36,273 nucleotides of DNA, from positions 1 through 36,273 of IMG/VR virus record IMGVR_UViG_3300030392_000144; one strand, given 5' to 3'. Origin of the DNA: a virus (Duplodnaviria; Caudoviricetes). Every line of letters begins with the position of its first letter. Within the stretch, counting starts at the first letter, position 1. The notes beneath the pieces are model-generated. The model was not told where the DNA came from. It was given only the letters and a program-made list of their open reading frames with translations, and ran no database searches. The position numbers and the translations under genes were made by a program. Of this stretch, positions 1 to 8,196 are shown one piece after another.

Positions 1-2
1 AT

Positions 3-569
3 GGAGATGCAAAAACTAGAAGATATGTAAAGGCACAACTGTCCTTAGATATGCTTGATGTATCAGAAATCATTAGTATTAAAAAAAGAATGAAGGTTCT
101 AGTTCGATACTTTAAGGAAAGACCGCTTTGTCGACCTAGAAATGCTAGTGCAGTACAAAACGCTTTTAAAATGTGTGTATTAGCTTCAATATCTACGGCT
201 CAAAGTGAGGTAACTCAAATGGCGAATTGCGAACTAGATGATATATTTCTTAACGCTAGCTGGAGTAAAGATACTGATGAACTAGAAATTCAAACTGGTA
301 TTCATAAAAAGCTTGGTCGTAAAAAAGCTAAAGTAATTAGTGATTTGTTAAATATTGCTTTAACACATCATTTACTTAAATTTAATAAACTTAGTAAAAA
401 ATACGATACACCAATAGCTAATTTTCTAGAAAGAGTAAAAGACAAAAAGCATCCATTAATAGAAAAAATGGAATCTCAATCGCCATCTGATGATGTAGAA
501 TATGATAAAGAGACTGAAGCTATGTTGAGTATGCTAGAATGGGACAAAACAATAAAGGGGCAGGCGTAA
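3..569 (+). CDS. Hypothetical protein, 5'-truncated by window edge
   Basis: The frame of the 51..569 ORF stays open back to position 3 (GDAKTRRYVKAQLSLD-M...). No motif recognised. Confidence 0.7.
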   Translation, partial: GDAKTRRYVKAQLSLDMLDVSEIISIKKRMKVLVRYFKERPLCRPRNASAVQNAFKMCVLASISTAQSEVTQMANCELDDIFLNASWSKDTDELEIQTGIHKKLGRKKAKVISDLLNIALTHHLLKFNKLSKKYDTPIANFLERVKDKKHPLIEKMESQSPSDDVEYDKETEAMLSMLEWDKTIKGQA

Positions 570-584
570 AACACGAGTTGTTAT

Positions 585-634
585 GGATGGGAAAGTAAAT
601 TATTGCGATATTAATCTGCTTTCCCTCCCCTTTT
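585..634 (+). terminator. Putative intrinsic terminator
   Basis: GGGAAAGTA (589-597) pairs with TGCTTTCCC (617-625) with one G-U, extended by GGA/TCC, followed by CCTTTT. Lies just after a stop codon. Confidence 0.5.
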
Positions 635-656
635 ACAATAAAAAAAGGAGTTATAA

Positions 657-944
657 ATGGGATTATTTGATAATGCTAAATTAGTAAAGGTCATAGATGG
701 TGGCGATATGGTATGTTGTGATTATTGCAATGGCCCTTATGGAGATAATGAAAATGGTGGAATTATCATTGGTGGTTCTGCTATTTGTCAAGAATGTTCA
801 GATAAATATGGTTATGAAGCTAAAAATAGTGATGAAATAGAATTTGTTATGGATAAAGAAAAAACTTTTACTGAAAACGTACTAGAATATAGGAAAAAAA
901 TGACAGGTTCTACAAGTGCAATTACAAAAATTTATACTATGTAA
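657..944 (+). CDS. Small putative Zn-binding protein
   Basis: AAGGAG RBS upstream; CDYC...CQEC cysteine pairs. Confidence 0.7.
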   Translation: MGLFDNAKLVKVIDGGDMVCCDYCNGPYGDNENGGIIIGGSAICQECSDKYGYEAKNSDEIEFVMDKEKTFTENVLEYRKKMTGSTSAITKIYTM

Positions 945-1050
945 TAATATATATCTATTATAGCTATGTAATATATATATATATTGTTTTTTATGTTTTT
1001 AAAAATAATATATATCTTCTATAGCTATTATATATATATATATAAATATA
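943..1050. repeat. AT-rich region with two 25-bp direct repeats (candidate origin or operator)
   Basis: AATAATATATATCTATTATAGCTAT (943-967) and AATAATATATATCTTCTATAGCTAT (1004-1028), 61 bp apart. Each ends in the palindrome ATAGCTAT and is followed by a (TA)n run. Confidence 0.75.
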
Positions 1051-1066
1051 ATACAAGTAAAAAAAC

Positions 1067-1094
1067 TTGATTTTTTTAAAATAAGTTTTGTAAT
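1067..1094 (+). promoter_or_regulatory. Possible sigma70-type promoter
   Basis: TTGATT (1067-1072), 16 bp spacer, TGTAAT (1089-1094). The -35 overlaps a CAAGT/ACTTG inverted repeat. Weak evidence in DNA this AT-rich. Confidence 0.3.
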
Positions 1095-1121
1095 TATGAA
1101 TAATTTTGATTAATATCCAAT

Positions 1122-1325
1122 ATGGAAAGGTTAAAAATAATGAAAGAATCAAAACAATGTACTTTTAAATGCTCGAAAGAGACATGGAAGCAGTTTAAAC
1201 TAATTTGCTTAGTAGATAACGTATCATGTCAAAATAAATTAAATGAGTTGATAGAAGATTTCATAGGCAAGAAAAAAAATGGAAAGAAATTTAAAAACAA
1301 TATACAACGAGTATCTGCTTCGTAA
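1122..1325 (+). CDS. Ribbon-helix-helix-like DNA-binding protein
   Basis: KQCTFKCSKETWKQFKLICLVDNVSCQNKLNELIEDFI fits the RHH strand-helix-helix pattern (CopG/ParG-like). Start may be 1140. Confidence 0.6.
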   Translation: MERLKIMKESKQCTFKCSKETWKQFKLICLVDNVSCQNKLNELIEDFIGKKKNGKKFKNNIQRVSAS

Positions 1326-2031
1326 GAACGACCATCACGTTGCTGTAAGGTATCGTGATAAGTCTTGGTATCATAGTAGCAGTGCTGGACTTTGTGCTAG
1401 AAAACATTTCTATTCCTCCGTAAAGCAAGTTGAAGGTACGCCAGTAAATGACACTACTCAGCGTATCTTTAGACTTGGTAACTTAGTTCACGAAGATATA
1501 CAAGATGCTCTAACATGGTATGCCCAAGAAAATGGATTGCCGTTGTTAATAGAAAAAGAAATTTATCTTGAAGATTTAAATGTACGTGGTTACATAGATT
1601 TAGCATTATTAGATGTTGATGGTAATAATCATGTGCTATACGATATAAAAACTTGTAATGAATGGAAATGGAAAAGTTTATTTGGTAAATACGGAGATGG
1701 AGCACCATCAATGAATTATCAATTACAACTAGCGACTTATGGAGTATGGGCTAAAAGACATTACGAATTAGATAGCATTTCTATGAAATTATGTTATTAC
1801 AATAAAAATACAAGCGTTATGAAAGAAATTGATGTATCAGAAGAATATCTAGATGAAGCTGTAATCTATTGGAACAGAGTTAATTCCCTTATACGGGATA
1901 AAAAAGACCCGTATGTGAAACAGGGTCTGCCTCCAGAATTAGAGCTCGGTATTACCCCTGTATATGAATGGGAATGTAATAAAAAATACTGTCAATTTTA
2001 TGAACCATGCGGGGGTGGAATAAATACATGA
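1279..2031 (+). CDS. Cas4-like / RecB-family PD-(D/E)XK exonuclease with putative Fe-S cysteines
   Basis: SSAGLCARK, GNLVHE, GYID...YDIKT, QLATY, and C-terminal WECNKKYCQFYEPC (1+3 Cys arrangement). Confidence 0.85.
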   Translation: MERNLKTIYNEYLLRKNDHHVAVRYRDKSWYHSSSAGLCARKHFYSSVKQVEGTPVNDTTQRIFRLGNLVHEDIQDALTWYAQENGLPLLIEKEIYLEDLNVRGYIDLALLDVDGNNHVLYDIKTCNEWKWKSLFGKYGDGAPSMNYQLQLATYGVWAKRHYELDSISMKLCYYNKNTSVMKEIDVSEEYLDEAVIYWNRVNSLIRDKKDPYVKQGLPPELELGITPVYEWECNKKYCQFYEPCGGGINT

Positions 2032-2207
2032 AGAAAAAAATTAATAAAACAACTCCAGATTGTTTAGAACAGGAGCGTATGGAATATCAAATTTTTGTTC
2101 AGGATTATACTTTGGAATATCTTTTTCAAGATGTAAAAAAATTAATCAAACAGTTTCCTAACGATATGGAATTAGGAGCTGCGATTAGAGAATTATTTAG
2201 GGTGTAA
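2028..2207 (+). CDS. Small hypothetical phage protein (FPNDMELG motif)
   Basis: ATG at 2028 overlaps the exonuclease stop; the ORF track starts at 2007. Confidence 0.6.
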   Translation: MKKKINKTTPDCLEQERMEYQIFVQDYTLEYLFQDVKKLIKQFPNDMELGAAIRELFRV

Positions 2208-2307
2208 AAATAATATAACAATCTTTTTATAAAAGAAGCTGTTAAATGGATTTTGGTTTGGCGACCCGCAGTTATGCAATCACCCTAAATAAAAAAGGAG
2301 AGTCACT

Positions 2308-2472
2308 ATGTTTATACTTACAATATCAGAATGGATAGCAAATTTATTTATACTATCTATATCATTGTTTTTAATGCTTTTATCATGTTTAATTTTAGTT
2401 ATTTTATTAGATGGATTTACAAAATGGGCTGAGAAAAAATATGAACAAATCAAAATAGGGAGTGTAAAATGA
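2308..2472 (+). CDS. 54-aa single-pass membrane protein (not in ORF track)
   Basis: AAGGAG RBS; MFILTISEWIANLFILSISLFLMLLSCLILVILLDGFTKWAEKKYEQIKIGSVK; ATGA overlap with the next ORF. Confidence 0.7.
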   Translation: MFILTISEWIANLFILSISLFLMLLSCLILVILLDGFTKWAEKKYEQIKIGSVK

Positions 2473-2606
2473 GATATTATTGGGAAGCTTTGTTTTCTGT
2501 AGAATATTTTCCATATTGGGAATTTACTATGTTAATGATATTAGCATTAAATCTTAGTGTCCTATGGAGAATAAATAGAATAGAAAACATAATCACAAAT
2601 AAATAG
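2469..2606 (+). CDS. 45-aa membrane protein (not in ORF track)
   Basis: GGGAG RBS; MRYYWEALFSVEYFPYWEFTMLMILALNLSVLWRINRIENIITNK; ends 1 nt before the next ATG. Confidence 0.65.
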   Translation: MRYYWEALFSVEYFPYWEFTMLMILALNLSVLWRINRIENIITNK

Positions 2607-2607
2607 T

Positions 2608-2820
2608 ATGTTAGACTTAGATAAAATAAGCGACATAGTATTTTCTGGAGTAGACAATGGAGATTACCCAGATTATAGTGATGCTTTTGTTGAATCCGCT
2701 ATGTATAAAGATAGAGAAATGAAAGAAGATGAACTTGTAGAATTGCAAGATAAACATCATGAGTATATGTGGAATAAATTAATGGACACAGAGCCATGGA
2801 TGAAAGGTTTTGATTTATGA
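2608..2820 (+). CDS. Small acidic hypothetical phage protein (DYPDYSDAFV motif)
   Basis: ORF track; tightly coupled to neighbouring genes. Confidence 0.7.
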   Translation: MLDLDKISDIVFSGVDNGDYPDYSDAFVESAMYKDREMKEDELVELQDKHHEYMWNKLMDTEPWMKGFDL

Positions 2821-2898
2821 CAATGGAAGACTTGTTAATACTCTGCATACTATTAATGTTTGTCAGAGATGTAGTACAACCAAAAAAAGGAGACAGTA

Positions 2899-3516
2899 AT
2901 GCCAAAAAAGATAAACAAGAACATGGAGTTGTGGGAGTCAGTAGAAACGACAGACCCGCAATACACAACAAAAGTAAATCAAAGAGGGGGATTCACAGCA
3001 ATAGGAGCTCAGTCTCAACTAAGAACAGCGACTAAAATATTTGGCCCAATGGGTTCTGGATGGGGAGTTAAAACAGAGCACATTGATAAATGGGAAGATG
3101 TAGGATTAGTAATTTATATGGCTACTCTATGGTACAAGGTAAATAAGGAACATGGAAAGGATGTTGAGTGCTATATTCCTATTCACTCATCTATAAAATA
3201 CAATAATAATGGTAGAGTTGATGACGATTTTATGAAAAAAGTTGCTACAGATGCTCTTACGAAAGGACTTTCTAAGTTAGGATTTAACGCAGATGTATTT
3301 ATGGGCAAATTTGATGACAATAAATATGTTAATTCTCTCACTTCTCAGAGCTCAGGTCAGGATATAAATCAGGATTTAAAAAAAATGGTAACTAATGCAA
3401 CAAAAGGGCTAAGTGATGAAGATAAAAAGAAAGTTCTTTCAAACTTGAACAAAGTAAATACAATAAATCTTAATTCAATTTTAAAAAGAATTGAGCAAAT
3501 GAAAGATTCTTATTAA
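2899..3516 (+). CDS. Rad52/Sak-like single-strand annealing protein
   Basis: AAGGAG RBS; ATKIFGPMGSGWG and DDFMKKVATDALTKGLSKLGFNADVF motifs; sits between the exonuclease and an SSB. Confidence 0.7.
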   Translation: MPKKINKNMELWESVETTDPQYTTKVNQRGGFTAIGAQSQLRTATKIFGPMGSGWGVKTEHIDKWEDVGLVIYMATLWYKVNKEHGKDVECYIPIHSSIKYNNNGRVDDDFMKKVATDALTKGLSKLGFNADVFMGKFDDNKYVNSLTSQSSGQDINQDLKKMVTNATKGLSDEDKKKVLSNLNKVNTINLNSILKRIEQMKDSY

Positions 3517-4004
3517 TGGCTAATATTGATGACTTGATGGATGATGTTCAATCTGATAGTGAAGTTTACTATGATGAAAAAACACCTATTGAAAATATTG
3601 CATCAGGCACATACGAAGCACGTATTGTAGGTCTTACAAGAAAACTTAATCATCGTACAAAAAAAGGATTTGATTGCGATATGTATTGGGTTAGATATAG
3701 AATTTGTAATGACTCTCCAACATTTGCTAATAGATTAATAAGAGATGATGGTCAATTTAGATACCGCTCAAAAAATTGTAGAAATAGAAATATTTACTAC
3801 AAAAAGTTCTTAGATAAATTAGGAATTAGCTTGTCTAAAATTGAGGTAGATGGTAACTTGAGATACTCGCTTCCATCAATATCAGAGGACATGGTTTTAG
3901 GAAAGAAAACTCTTATTAATGTCTATGTATCAGAATGGAATGATTCGAGAGGTTATCATAACGAACCAGTCGCTAAGTTAATCAAAGTGATAGAAAGTAA
4001 ATAG
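3516..4004 (+). CDS. Putative ssDNA-binding protein (DUF669-like)
   Basis: IASGTYEARIV resembles the DUF669 N-terminal motif; directly follows the annealing protein. Confidence 0.55.
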   Translation: MANIDDLMDDVQSDSEVYYDEKTPIENIASGTYEARIVGLTRKLNHRTKKGFDCDMYWVRYRICNDSPTFANRLIRDDGQFRYRSKNCRNRNIYYKKFLDKLGISLSKIEVDGNLRYSLPSISEDMVLGKKTLINVYVSEWNDSRGYHNEPVAKLIKVIESK

Positions 4005-4216
4005 TGAACTTTCTTGCATATTATTACAATGATGTATATAATTTGTTAAAAAAATCAGATAGGGTTATGAAGTTAAATGATATTAATAAAATAATTGTTA
4101 ATGCTGATATTGATTTTGAACATTTTATGCCAAGAAAGTATAAAGAAAAAATGATAGTATTTAAAATTAATGGTGAAAAATATGTATTTGCACCAAAAGA
4201 AACGGAAAATAAATGA
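4004..4216 (+). CDS. Hypothetical protein
   Basis: GTG start overlapping the upstream stop; ATGA overlap with the helicase. Confidence 0.55.
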   Translation: MNFLAYYYNDVYNLLKKSDRVMKLNDINKIIVNADIDFEHFMPRKYKEKMIVFKINGEKYVFAPKETENK

Positions 4217-5550
4217 ATCAATTAGCACCACATAGTTTAGAAGCTGAGAGATTAATATTAGGTCAAGCCATGGTTGATAACAAAGTTATTGACCAAATAT
4301 CTCAGTACATACCAGAGGAACAAGTATTTTATAATTTAGGGCATCAAGATATATGGAAATGTATTTTGTCTTTGCATAGGGATGGAGCTACTGTTATAGA
4401 CCCTGTCACCATTATGACTCAAATGCCAAAGAAAACAAACTTAGAGTCTCCAAGTTATTATTTAACAGGGTTAATGGATGAAGTACATACTACAGGCAAC
4501 GCAGAACATTATGCTAAACTTGTATATGAAAAATGGTTATTGAGAAAAGTAATACAAAAATCAAAGAAAATTGAAAAGGTAATGGATTTAGATGGAGATG
4601 GAGCCTATCAAGCTTTGCAAAGATTAAACAGGGAAGTTGAGGATATACTAAATTTAAGAATTAGACAAGACTTTGACCTCAATAATTTAGTAGAGGATAC
4701 TGTTAAGCATATGACAGTAACCGATAATATTATTCCTTTTGGTTATAAACCATTAGATGATTTAACTGGCGGTATGACAAAAGGAGAGATAACTGTTGTT
4801 GCTGGTAGACCCGGACACTTTAAATCAACTATGACAATCAATGTAGTTAGCAATCTATTAAATAGAGGATTAAATGTATTAGTTTTTAATCGTGAAATGT
4901 CTAATGTAGAAATGATGAAAAAGCTAATGATTATTGAAAGTCAGACTTTATCATATCATACAATGAGAATGGGTAATTTTAGCAAAAAAGATAAGGAAGA
5001 ATTAGATAAATCTAAAAATAAGATTACTGAAAAATACAAAAGTCTTATTATGTATGATGATGTATTTGATATTGATAGGGCTATGAGAGAAATAAGAAAG
5101 CATAGACCAGATGTAGTAGTAGATGATTACATAGGATTAATTGATGTTATTGGTGTTGATGATAACAGATTAAGAATTGATAATATTATGAAACAATATA
5201 AAAGAGCAGCTAAAACATATGACATGGCAGCTGTACTTGTATCTCAATTAAACAGAGCGTGTGAAGATAGGTCTAACAAGAGACCAATACTTAGAGACCT
5301 TCGTGATTCTGGCTCTATTGAACAAGACGCAGAGATGATATTGTTTATGTATTATGATTGGAGATATAACTATCAAGACTCTCTTATTGGTGAGCATGGT
5401 ATAGAAGTAGTTCTTGGTAAAAACAGATATGGTAAGACAGGCAGTAAGGTACTTGGTGTTGTTGGAGATAGATGTAAGATACTCAATAGTGCTGAAGATG
5501 CTATGATTGAAATGAAACGATTAAAAAAGGATAAAAGTAATGGAAGTTGA
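4213..5550 (+). CDS. dnaB: Replicative DNA helicase, DnaB family
   Basis: N-terminal PHSLEAERLILG; Walker A AGRPGHFKST; VVDDYIGL; SQLNR; DLRDSGSIEQDAE; KNRYG. Confidence 0.95.
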   Translation: MNQLAPHSLEAERLILGQAMVDNKVIDQISQYIPEEQVFYNLGHQDIWKCILSLHRDGATVIDPVTIMTQMPKKTNLESPSYYLTGLMDEVHTTGNAEHYAKLVYEKWLLRKVIQKSKKIEKVMDLDGDGAYQALQRLNREVEDILNLRIRQDFDLNNLVEDTVKHMTVTDNIIPFGYKPLDDLTGGMTKGEITVVAGRPGHFKSTMTINVVSNLLNRGLNVLVFNREMSNVEMMKKLMIIESQTLSYHTMRMGNFSKKDKEELDKSKNKITEKYKSLIMYDDVFDIDRAMREIRKHRPDVVVDDYIGLIDVIGVDDNRLRIDNIMKQYKRAAKTYDMAAVLVSQLNRACEDRSNKRPILRDLRDSGSIEQDAEMILFMYYDWRYNYQDSLIGEHGIEVVLGKNRYGKTGSKVLGVVGDRCKILNSAEDAMIEMKRLKKDKSNGS

Positions 5551-5788
5551 ATCGGGTAAATATGGAGTGTGGCTTTCTGAAGGAGAGATGAACACACTAG
5601 AAAAAGCTTTAGAATGGTTAGAAAATAGCAGTCATGTATTTAATGAAAATTCAAAAATTGGGTCTATTAAAAATTTAAGAAATGACCTTTCGAAAATAAG
5701 AGACGCTGGTGTTCAAATACCAAAAAAGGTTGAGATTCAAGATGAAGAATATATTAATAGTTTAATTGAGTGTAAGGAGTGTGATTAG
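5540..5788 (+). CDS. Hypothetical protein
   Basis: ORF track; C-terminal CKEC. Confidence 0.6.
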   Translation: MEVESGKYGVWLSEGEMNTLEKALEWLENSSHVFNENSKIGSIKNLRNDLSKIRDAGVQIPKKVEIQDEEYINSLIECKECD

Positions 5789-6117
5789 TGACTAAAACAA
5801 AACAAAAAAAACCTACTACCAAGCAATTAAAAAATGATATTACAGTTATAATAAAGGAGATATTAGAATTAAAAGGATACGTTAATGAAGTAGTAACTCC
5901 ATTTATTACCTCTACTAGAAATATTTTTGAGCAATATCTTGTGTACAAGGGAGATGTAGAAAAATTTACAGAACATATACAAAAGGAGTATAGTGATGAA
6001 AAGGGAACTAACAACAAGAGCCCAAAAAAGAGGAAGACGAAACAGGCAAAGGGGAGCAGAGTTACAAAGAATGTCAGTAAAAATGGCAAAGGAAGTAGAC
6101 CTCGAAGCGTACAATAG
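5788..6117 (+). CDS. Hypothetical protein with basic C-terminal tail
   Basis: AAGGAG RBS, GTG start; the last ~41 codons overlap the resolvase gene. Confidence 0.6.
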   Translation: MTKTKQKKPTTKQLKNDITVIIKEILELKGYVNEVVTPFITSTRNIFEQYLVYKGDVEKFTEHIQKEYSDEKGTNNKSPKKRKTKQAKGSRVTKNVSKNGKGSRPRSVQ

Positions 6118-6322
6118 AGATAGAGGTGGAGCTCAACACGAAAAAGGAGATGTAGAAATTGAAGAATTGTATTATGGTTGTAAAAGACGAAAGGTGGTGC
6201 CAAGATGGATATTGCCTGAGAAAGAAGAAACAGGAGTTATTTTTAGAGGAGATAGGATGAAGCCGTATATTTCTATTTCGCTTGAAAGATATTTGTTATT
6301 AATTTCAGCCATTAAAGTATAA
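5993..6322 (+). CDS. Holliday junction resolvase-like nuclease (Hjc-like PD-(D/E)XK)
   Basis: RNRQRGAELQR...KGDVEI...YGCKRRK pattern; AAGGAG RBS. The usual acidic residue before xK appears as Gly. Confidence 0.6.
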   Translation: MMKRELTTRAQKRGRRNRQRGAELQRMSVKMAKEVDLEAYNRDRGGAQHEKGDVEIEELYYGCKRRKVVPRWILPEKEETGVIFRGDRMKPYISISLERYLLLISAIKV

Positions 6323-6339
6323 GATTTTTTTGGTAATGA

Positions 6340-6396
6340 TGAGTCATCGTGTGGGGTTACGCCTCCTTTCCTCCCCGCGTCGCGAACGATGGCTCA
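6340..6396 (+). ncRNA. Putative structured RNA with anti-Shine-Dalgarno loop
   Basis: 11-bp stem 6340-6350/6386-6396 plus 6-bp stem 6351-6356/6373-6378. Each has a G-U pair valid only on the + strand. Loop TTACGCCTCCTTTCCT. Confidence 0.5.
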
Positions 6397-6403
6397 CCTA
6401 ATT

Positions 6404-6781
6404 ATGGGAAATTTTGATATTGATTTAAACTTTGGACTTATCCATGAAGATAAGGTCAGAGAGATATTCGAAGGAAAGGGCTCAATAGAAGTTAAAACAG
6501 AACGTGATACATGGGCTAAAACTGGCAATATGGTTATTGAAGTTGAATATAAAAATAAACCATCAGGTATTACTATTACTGACGCTAAATGGTGGTGTCA
6601 TTTATTTACAATAGATAATGAGATAAAATTTATTACAATGTTTAAAGTAGATGAATTAAAAAAGAGGATTAAGCAATTGAGTAAAACAAATTTAGTAAGG
6701 ATTACTAAGGGTGGAGATGATAATCAATCAAAGATTATTCTTATACCAATAAAGCAATTGGTAGGTTATGAATGGAAATAA
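6404..6781 (+). CDS. Phage protein with restriction-endonuclease-like (EVK) motif
   Basis: FDIDLNFG...IEVKTERDTWAKTGNMVIE...KPSGI. The track start at 6389 is buried in the hairpin, so the in-frame ATG at 6404 is preferred. Confidence 0.65.
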   Translation: MGNFDIDLNFGLIHEDKVREIFEGKGSIEVKTERDTWAKTGNMVIEVEYKNKPSGITITDAKWWCHLFTIDNEIKFITMFKVDELKKRIKQLSKTNLVRITKGGDDNQSKIILIPIKQLVGYEWK

Positions 6782-7758
6782 TTAATAATATATTTGTCGG
6801 TGATAGTAGGAAAGTATTAAAGACATTTCCTGATGATGTTGTTAATACTACAGTTACGTCACCACCATACTACAACCTTCGTGACTATGGTACAGCTACT
6901 TGGATTGATGGTGATGAAAACTGTTCTCATTTATCAGATAGGTCTGAGTATGAAACTAATTATAAAAATAGTAAACAATCATCTAACAAGGGCACTCAAA
7001 ATAGAGATATAATTAAATATGATATTTGTCCTCAATGTGGTGCTAAGAGAGAAGATAATCAAATAGGATTAGAAAGGTCTCTTGAAGAATATATTGAGCA
7101 ATTATGTCTTGTGTTTGATGAGGTCTATCGAGTAACTAAAGATGATGGTACATTTTGGTTAAACATAGGTGATTGTTATGCTAGAGGTGGAGAGATAAAC
7201 TCTGATGGTAGACGAGGATTTTCTGGAGCTAAGGGACTTGGTTATAAAAATAAAAAAGTAGATGGACTTACACCAAAAGATTTAATAGGAGTACCTTGGC
7301 GATTAGCTTTTGAATTACAAAAACGTGGATGGATATTAAGAAGTGATATTATATGGTCTAAACTAAATCCAATGCCTGAATCATGTACAGATAGACCCAC
7401 TATGTCTCATGAATATCTATTTTTATTCGCTAAGAATCAAAAGTATTACTATGACCATGAAAGTATTATGGAAAAAACTGTTGGTACTGAATATACCAAG
7501 AGAAACAAAAGAGATGTATGGAGTGTTAAAGTTGCAAGTTACCCTGAAGCACATTGTGCTACATTTCCAATAGAACTTATCAGCCCATGCATAAAGTCAG
7601 GTAGCCCTGAAGGTGGACTTGTACTAGACCCATTTATGGGTTCTGGAACAGTTGCTCAGACAGCTAAACAATTAAGTCGTAACTATACAGGTTGCGAACT
7701 TAATCCAGACTATCACAAAATCATAAATAACAGACTAAGACAAGGAGAATTATTCTAA
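6772..7758 (+). CDS. DNA methyltransferase, beta-class N4-cytosine/N6-adenine
   Basis: Motif IV TSPPY precedes motif I LDPFMGSG; IIWSKLNPMPES and HCATFP also present. Confidence 0.93.
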   Translation: MEIINNIFVGDSRKVLKTFPDDVVNTTVTSPPYYNLRDYGTATWIDGDENCSHLSDRSEYETNYKNSKQSSNKGTQNRDIIKYDICPQCGAKREDNQIGLERSLEEYIEQLCLVFDEVYRVTKDDGTFWLNIGDCYARGGEINSDGRRGFSGAKGLGYKNKKVDGLTPKDLIGVPWRLAFELQKRGWILRSDIIWSKLNPMPESCTDRPTMSHEYLFLFAKNQKYYYDHESIMEKTVGTEYTKRNKRDVWSVKVASYPEAHCATFPIELISPCIKSGSPEGGLVLDPFMGSGTVAQTAKQLSRNYTGCELNPDYHKIINNRLRQGELF

Positions 7759-8006
7759 TGCCTGATTATGATAACACAAACAGAGGAGTACTTTTTAACA
7801 ATGCTTACAAGGAAGATGGAGATAGTAAACCAGACTTTCTAGGTAATGTAAATGTTGAAGGTAAAGAATGGAGTCTAGCCGCTTGGAATAATACTTCCAA
7901 AGCTGGTAAAGACTATTTAAGTATTAGTGTATCTGAACCAAGAGAAAAAACTAATGGAACAACAGGAAACAATACAGAAAATACAGACGATAGTATCCCG
8001 TTCTAA
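7758..8006 (+). CDS. Small SSB-like protein (DUF736-like) with acidic tail
   Basis: GVLF..KPDFLG..SLAAW..YLSISV; ends DDSIPF, like bacterial SSB C-termini. Confidence 0.7.
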   Translation: MPDYDNTNRGVLFNNAYKEDGDSKPDFLGNVNVEGKEWSLAAWNNTSKAGKDYLSISVSEPREKTNGTTGNNTENTDDSIPF

Positions 8007-8196
8007 CGAAACCTATAGATGGAATCTAATTTCTAAGTACGCTATTGCCCAATCTGAGATTGGTATTGAGTTAACTTGTGAGATTAAAGATAAAATTATA
8101 GGTACAACTCCACTTGATGATGCTCCAGTTGAAAAATTGGAGCGTCTCATCAATAAATTAAGGAAAGAATATGTCAAATTACACCCCAAAAGATGA
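7954..8196 (+). CDS. Hypothetical protein
   Basis: ORF track 7927..8196; in-frame ATG at 7954. Confidence 0.5.
   Translation: MEQQETIQKIQTIVSRSNETYRWNLISKYAIAQSEIGIELTCEIKDKIIGTTPLDDAPVEKLERLINKLRKEYVKLHPKR

Noticed and set aside
1279-2031. CRISPR-Cas locus suggested by the Cas4-like gene
   Set aside because: No repeat-spacer array or other cas genes; the context is phage recombination.
2817-3035. 72-aa ORF with hydrophobic N-terminus overlapping the annealing gene by 137 bp
   Set aside because: It has an ATGA-coupled start and could be real, but most of it is an out-of-frame overlap; support too weak to list.
1469-6203. - strand ORFs at 1469, 2699, 4024, 5373, 5754, 5869
   Set aside because: Fully antisense to well-supported + strand genes.
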